Notes under the pieces: generated by a model
The model's database searches: none
The model's input: the letters and a program-made list of their open reading frames with translations, nothing else
What the model was told of the DNA's origin: nothing
Assembly: GCA_963662545.2 (NCBI GenBank)
Contig: CAXXLL010000003.1
Location: forward strand, 2,080,001-2,144,000
Direction of reading: 5' to 3'
DNA length: 64,000 bases
From: Gammaproteobacteria bacterium
Lineage (GTDB): Bacteria > Pseudomonadota > Gammaproteobacteria > Ga0077536
Program-made: the position numbers and the translations under genes
In this document: positions 60,529 to 64,000 of the stretch, piece after piece
Layout of the letters: each line of letters opens with the position of its first letter
How positions within the stretch are numbered: position 1 is the first letter of the stretch

Positions 60529-61902
60529 TCAGGGTTTCCTGTCCCGGTTGGTCGGCTCGAGGACGACGGTTTCATATCGCTTCCACAAATCGGCCACCTT
60601 TGCGCACTCCTGTTCAACGCTGTCGAAGAATTCCTCCTGCCCCGAATCCCGCCACTCGGTCACAATTGCATCCGCCTCGTCCAGGATGTGCCAATCCGCA
60701 GGTGTAGCCGGAAACGACCAGTCGATATTGACGCTTTCCCTGTGCACGTTCAGCATCCCCCGGTCAATCTTATCGGCGTTGTGTTTGTTGTGTGCGGCAA
60801 TGAAATCGGCTTCTACGAGATCCAGATACACCCTTTGCTCCCAGCTTTCCCTGACGTCCTCCAGAACGTTCCATGCACCTCGCCGCTTTCTGTCGAGTTC
60901 CTCAATCCATCCCGCAACATCGGCCCTGACACCCTTCGTGAGTTGCGTCCGGTAGCGCCCCGACAAAGTTGTGTAGCTCTCCTTGATATCCTTCCATTCG
61001 CGGTCCAGGCGCCTTTCCGCCTCTTCGCGCTTGATCCCCGTTCGCACGAAGGTGAATCCCTTGTAGAAACCCACGGCACAGAGCGCCAAGCCCAGCACGA
61101 AGAAGAGTAGAGACTCCAGTTCCCACGTCGCCGGATTGAACGAGATGCCCGCTACGAGCTCCCGCACCGATGCCAGGTCGATTTCGGTTGCCTGCAGCGT
61201 TTGCCGTTCTCTTTCCTCGATCAGCCTCGCGAAATTCTCCCGGTGACGTCCCACGATGAGGTTCAGACCCGTAGCGAACACCAGCAGCAAACCACACGCC
61301 GATAGAAAAGGCACGCGTGATTTCGAGTGGCGCCGCACCGCCGACAGCGTCAATCCACCTCCTGCGCCGAGGGCGCCCACGTTGATGGCGGACACGAGCA
61401 CTGCCGTGATGAAAGCACCAACCAGGCCGGTCGACAGGGCGCGGGTCAGGAGGGTTACATTTGCCAGGGCCTCGACAACGATGCAGACCACGAGCAACGC
61501 AATGAGCTTCAACCACTGGTACGCCGTTGGGGGATCGATATCGCTCGCCGGAGGCAACTCTGTCCGAGCTTTCCGATGCTGCGAGCGGCGGTGCTGGAGG
61601 GCCTTGAGTTCCTCTTCGGCGTCGATTGTTACCTGTCGAGACCCCTTGGTTCGTTTGAAATCCCAGCCGTTCAGCGGTTGGCCGATTTCCTTGGCGACGG
61701 TACCGAGGGTGCGGTTGACCAGGTCGCGATAGGCCAGCGCCAAAGAAGTGAGGAGCTTGTGGTGGGCCGGCTTCCAGTCTCCATCGGCGTGGATGGCGAT
61801 CTCGGCCGGATCGAGGCCCAGAGACCGGGGATCGGTCGGCCAGGAGGCCGGCGGGGTCAGGCCCGATCCGGCGGCTTCAGGCGACCCGTTCGTTGGTTCC
61901 AA
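60529..61902 (-). CDS. Multi-TM coiled-coil membrane protein
   Basis: Four TM segments (VEALAN...GLVGA...SAINVG) flanked by coiled coils; AGGAGG upstream; 5 nt from the vWA-like gene. Confidence 0.75.
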   Translation of the reverse strand: MEPTNGSPEAAGSGLTPPASWPTDPRSLGLDPAEIAIHADGDWKPAHHKLLTSLALAYRDLVNRTLGTVAKEIGQPLNGWDFKRTKGSRQVTIDAEEELKALQHRRSQHRKARTELPPASDIDPPTAYQWLKLIALLVVCIVVEALANVTLLTRALSTGLVGAFITAVLVSAINVGALGAGGGLTLSAVRRHSKSRVPFLSACGLLLVFATGLNLIVGRHRENFARLIEERERQTLQATEIDLASVRELVAGISFNPATWELESLLFFVLGLALCAVGFYKGFTFVRTGIKREEAERRLDREWKDIKESYTTLSGRYRTQLTKGVRADVAGWIEELDRKRRGAWNVLEDVRESWEQRVYLDLVEADFIAAHNKHNADKIDRGMLNVHRESVNIDWSFPATPADWHILDEADAIVTEWRDSGQEEFFDSVEQECAKVADLWKRYETVVLEPTNRDRKP

Positions 61903-62301
61903 AGCCCTTTGGCCTCCTGTCCTCAGTCATCGGGTATCCCGTCCTCGGCGTTGAGCCTGGCAGTGACATGGCGAATTCGGAGTGTAGTCCTACGGCCTCA
62001 GCTCACGCAACCGCATCCCGGCCCGCCAGATCTCCTGGTCGGCCATCTCGCCGAGTTCCGCTTCGAGGCGCTCCCGGTAGACGGCCCGGCCGCACTCCTC
62101 AATGACGTATATGGAATCCTCTTCATTTTGCAAGCAACCTGACTGAGGGCATAGCATGTTGTGTTGTCGGTGCCGGCGCGCGATGCGGTATCGTGGGCGG
62201 CATGCATCGGGGCAAGGTCGCGTGATGAAGGGGGCATTCACGGCGAAAGGATTGACGAACCCGGCACAGTTCAAGCGTCGGCATTCTTAGCCGATGCTAA
62301 A

Positions 62302-62815
62302 TAGGTGTTCCAAAAACTCGATCAAATAAAAAGAACTCAGGTGACATTCAGAGATCAGAGGTTGTATCGAGCAATCTACGTTCCCGAAAGAGGTCACCTG
62401 AGTATGGATAGTTTAGTGTCATTGACGCGCTCACAGAAACGTCGCTTTAAGCGGTTGATTCAACGCAGCGATAACGGGCGGGTGGTTCGCCGCGCTCAAG
62501 TCCTGTTGCAGTTAGCTTCAGGCGTCTCACCGACGGCCGTGTCACGCAGTTTGTCGGTCGCGCGTTCAACGGTTTATCGATGGGTCACGCAATTCCAGAC
62601 CGCGGGTGAAGCCTTTCTCGAGGCGTGCGGCTCGGGCCGGCGGGCGTATACGGTGGATGACACCCTGTTGGAGACGCTCGCCGAGTTAGTTGAGCAGCCG
62701 CCCAGTGATTATGGCTACCTGCGCAGTACGTGGACGAGCGAGATGCTGGCCGAGACGCTGAATTCGTTGCTGTCACGGCCCATTCACGCCTCTACGGTAC
62801 GTCGCTGGCTAGTTA
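62302..62815 (+). mobile_element. IS630-family element, 5' part only
   Basis: TA-GGTGTTCC left end; RRAQVLL...VARSTVYRWV..F...G, P.DYGY..STWTSEML, HASTVRRWL; interrupted by the next IS. Confidence 0.82.
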
Positions 62816-64000
62816 GTGTCCGTCCATAAACAGGCATTTTCTTCGATGGGCACGGAGAAATCGAGGTGTTGAAAGTAGGTTGTTGGAGCGGTAGCGGCGG
62901 TTCGGTGGGGGTCGAAGGGCTCTTCGAGCGTAATTGTGAGTACGTTCGCCGGCCGCAGAGCGCTGCAACCCAAAGTCGCCCGTTCGACGATATCGAGGAG
63001 GTCAGTTAGTGCGAGTGAACGTCGCTATTCGAGTTGATAGCGCGCGAGCAGGCTGAGGTTGTAGGCGACCACAGAAGACCACACGTAGGCTTCGAAGTGC
63101 GGCAGGCTCTTCCAGGTGCAACGTGCCAATCCGTATGCACGCTTCAGGCAGGAGATACCGGCCTCGATGCCGGCGCGGAAGTTGCGCAAGCGTCGATAGA
63201 CCCACTGACTCTTGACCATGTCGGCGATCGCGAGCCCGCGCTTCTTGTGGAAGGCAACGTCTTCGATGCCTTCTGCTTTCGCCGCCCGGAGATTGTCGAG
63301 GCTCGCATAGCCGCCATCGGCGGCGACCTGTCGTGGCATCGTCCCGTAGTGTGTTCGATGCCGTTCGAGCATCGGCATGAAGCGCTGACTATCGACCGGA
63401 TTGCCTCGCTCGATGACCACGTCGAGGATGAGGCCACTGCGCCCCGAAGCCAGATTGATTTTGTGTCCGTACTGAACGTCGCGCGCACCCTTTATGATGA
63501 TGTCGGTATGCGGCTCGAACAAGCTCACGCACTTCTCGCTCGCGGGGACCTTCTCACCGCCGAACACCCGCCGCTCAGTTTGCGAAATCACCTGCAGAAC
63601 AAGTGTTTCGTAGTGCGCTACCTGCGCTAGCCAGTCCGGCAGTTCAACGCCGGTGACGCCCGGGCTCAGCAGCTGCTCACGTACCCTCGCTACCGCTTCC
63701 AAGGTTGAACGCGTCGCCCCAATCAAATCGCGATACAGACGTTGGCGTTGCTTCGCACCACGCGCATACCACAGCGCCCGCGCACGCTTCTTCGCCAATC
63801 GAGTGTGGTTCACGAAGCACAACTCCGGCGCGCCAGGCAACTCGCGCGCCTGTGCGAGCAGACGAACCACAACACGCACGCCATCCCACAGCAGATGACT
63901 GTCGCTCGGCGCGTGGATGGCACTGTCCGTTACCGTGCTATCAATCCGTACACGCTGTGCCGGCTCAATGCGCGTCTCTTTCGCCGTCGCCAGCAGGGCG
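62816..64000 (-). mobile_element. ISNCY/IS5-like DDE transposase element; transposase ends at 63025 and runs off the window
   Basis: RIDSTVT..AIHAPSDS.LLWD, SLFEPHTDII.KG, GHK, ADGGY, FRAGIEAGISCLKR; end sequence GTGTCCGTCCATAAA. Confidence 0.88.

Larger units (their letters stand above)
43230..64000. mobile_element. Phage-satellite-like integrative element / genomic island; right end beyond the window
   Basis: Integrase-hypothetical-alpA-primase/helicase core followed by orphan cargo and many IS elements; att sites not identified. Confidence 0.75.

Noticed and set aside
1-64000. CRISPR array, cas genes, rRNA, tRNA (including selC)
   Set aside because: No regularly spaced direct repeats or RNA-gene signatures seen by eye; a tRNAscan/Infernal run would be needed to exclude them

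Overview
GC-rich bacterial DNA, probably from a proteobacterium (inferred from gene content only), in two parts. Bases 1-43.2 kb are mostly chromosomal accessory metabolism: a PspA/yjfIJK-K+ channel-yjfL membrane-stress operon, redox enzymes, CoA-dependent catabolic enzymes, a hydantoinase/oxoprolinase pair, transporters, MITEs, REPs and several damaged genes. The ORF track splits four genes at an in-frame TGA that sits exactly at a catalytic Cys position and is followed by a SECIS-like hairpin. These are probable selenoproteins: two AhpD-like CxxU proteins, a UGSC protein and an exported peroxiredoxin. From about 43.2 kb to the end lies a phage-satellite-like integrative element (P4-type integrase, AlpA, Zn-TOPRIM-AAA_25 primase-helicase, HGGxSTG pair). 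Its cargo is heavily disrupted by IS elements and includes DUF4238 genes, an uncharacterised membrane coiled-coil + vWA-like gene pair, and a minus-strand locus: ~380-nt structured RNA, small protein, XRE-HTH, then a 57-codon reverse-transcriptase-like N-terminus cut off by IS21. That locus looks like a truncated type VI retron. No rRNA, tRNA or CRISPR array was seen. All family calls come from motif recognition by eye, with no database searches.
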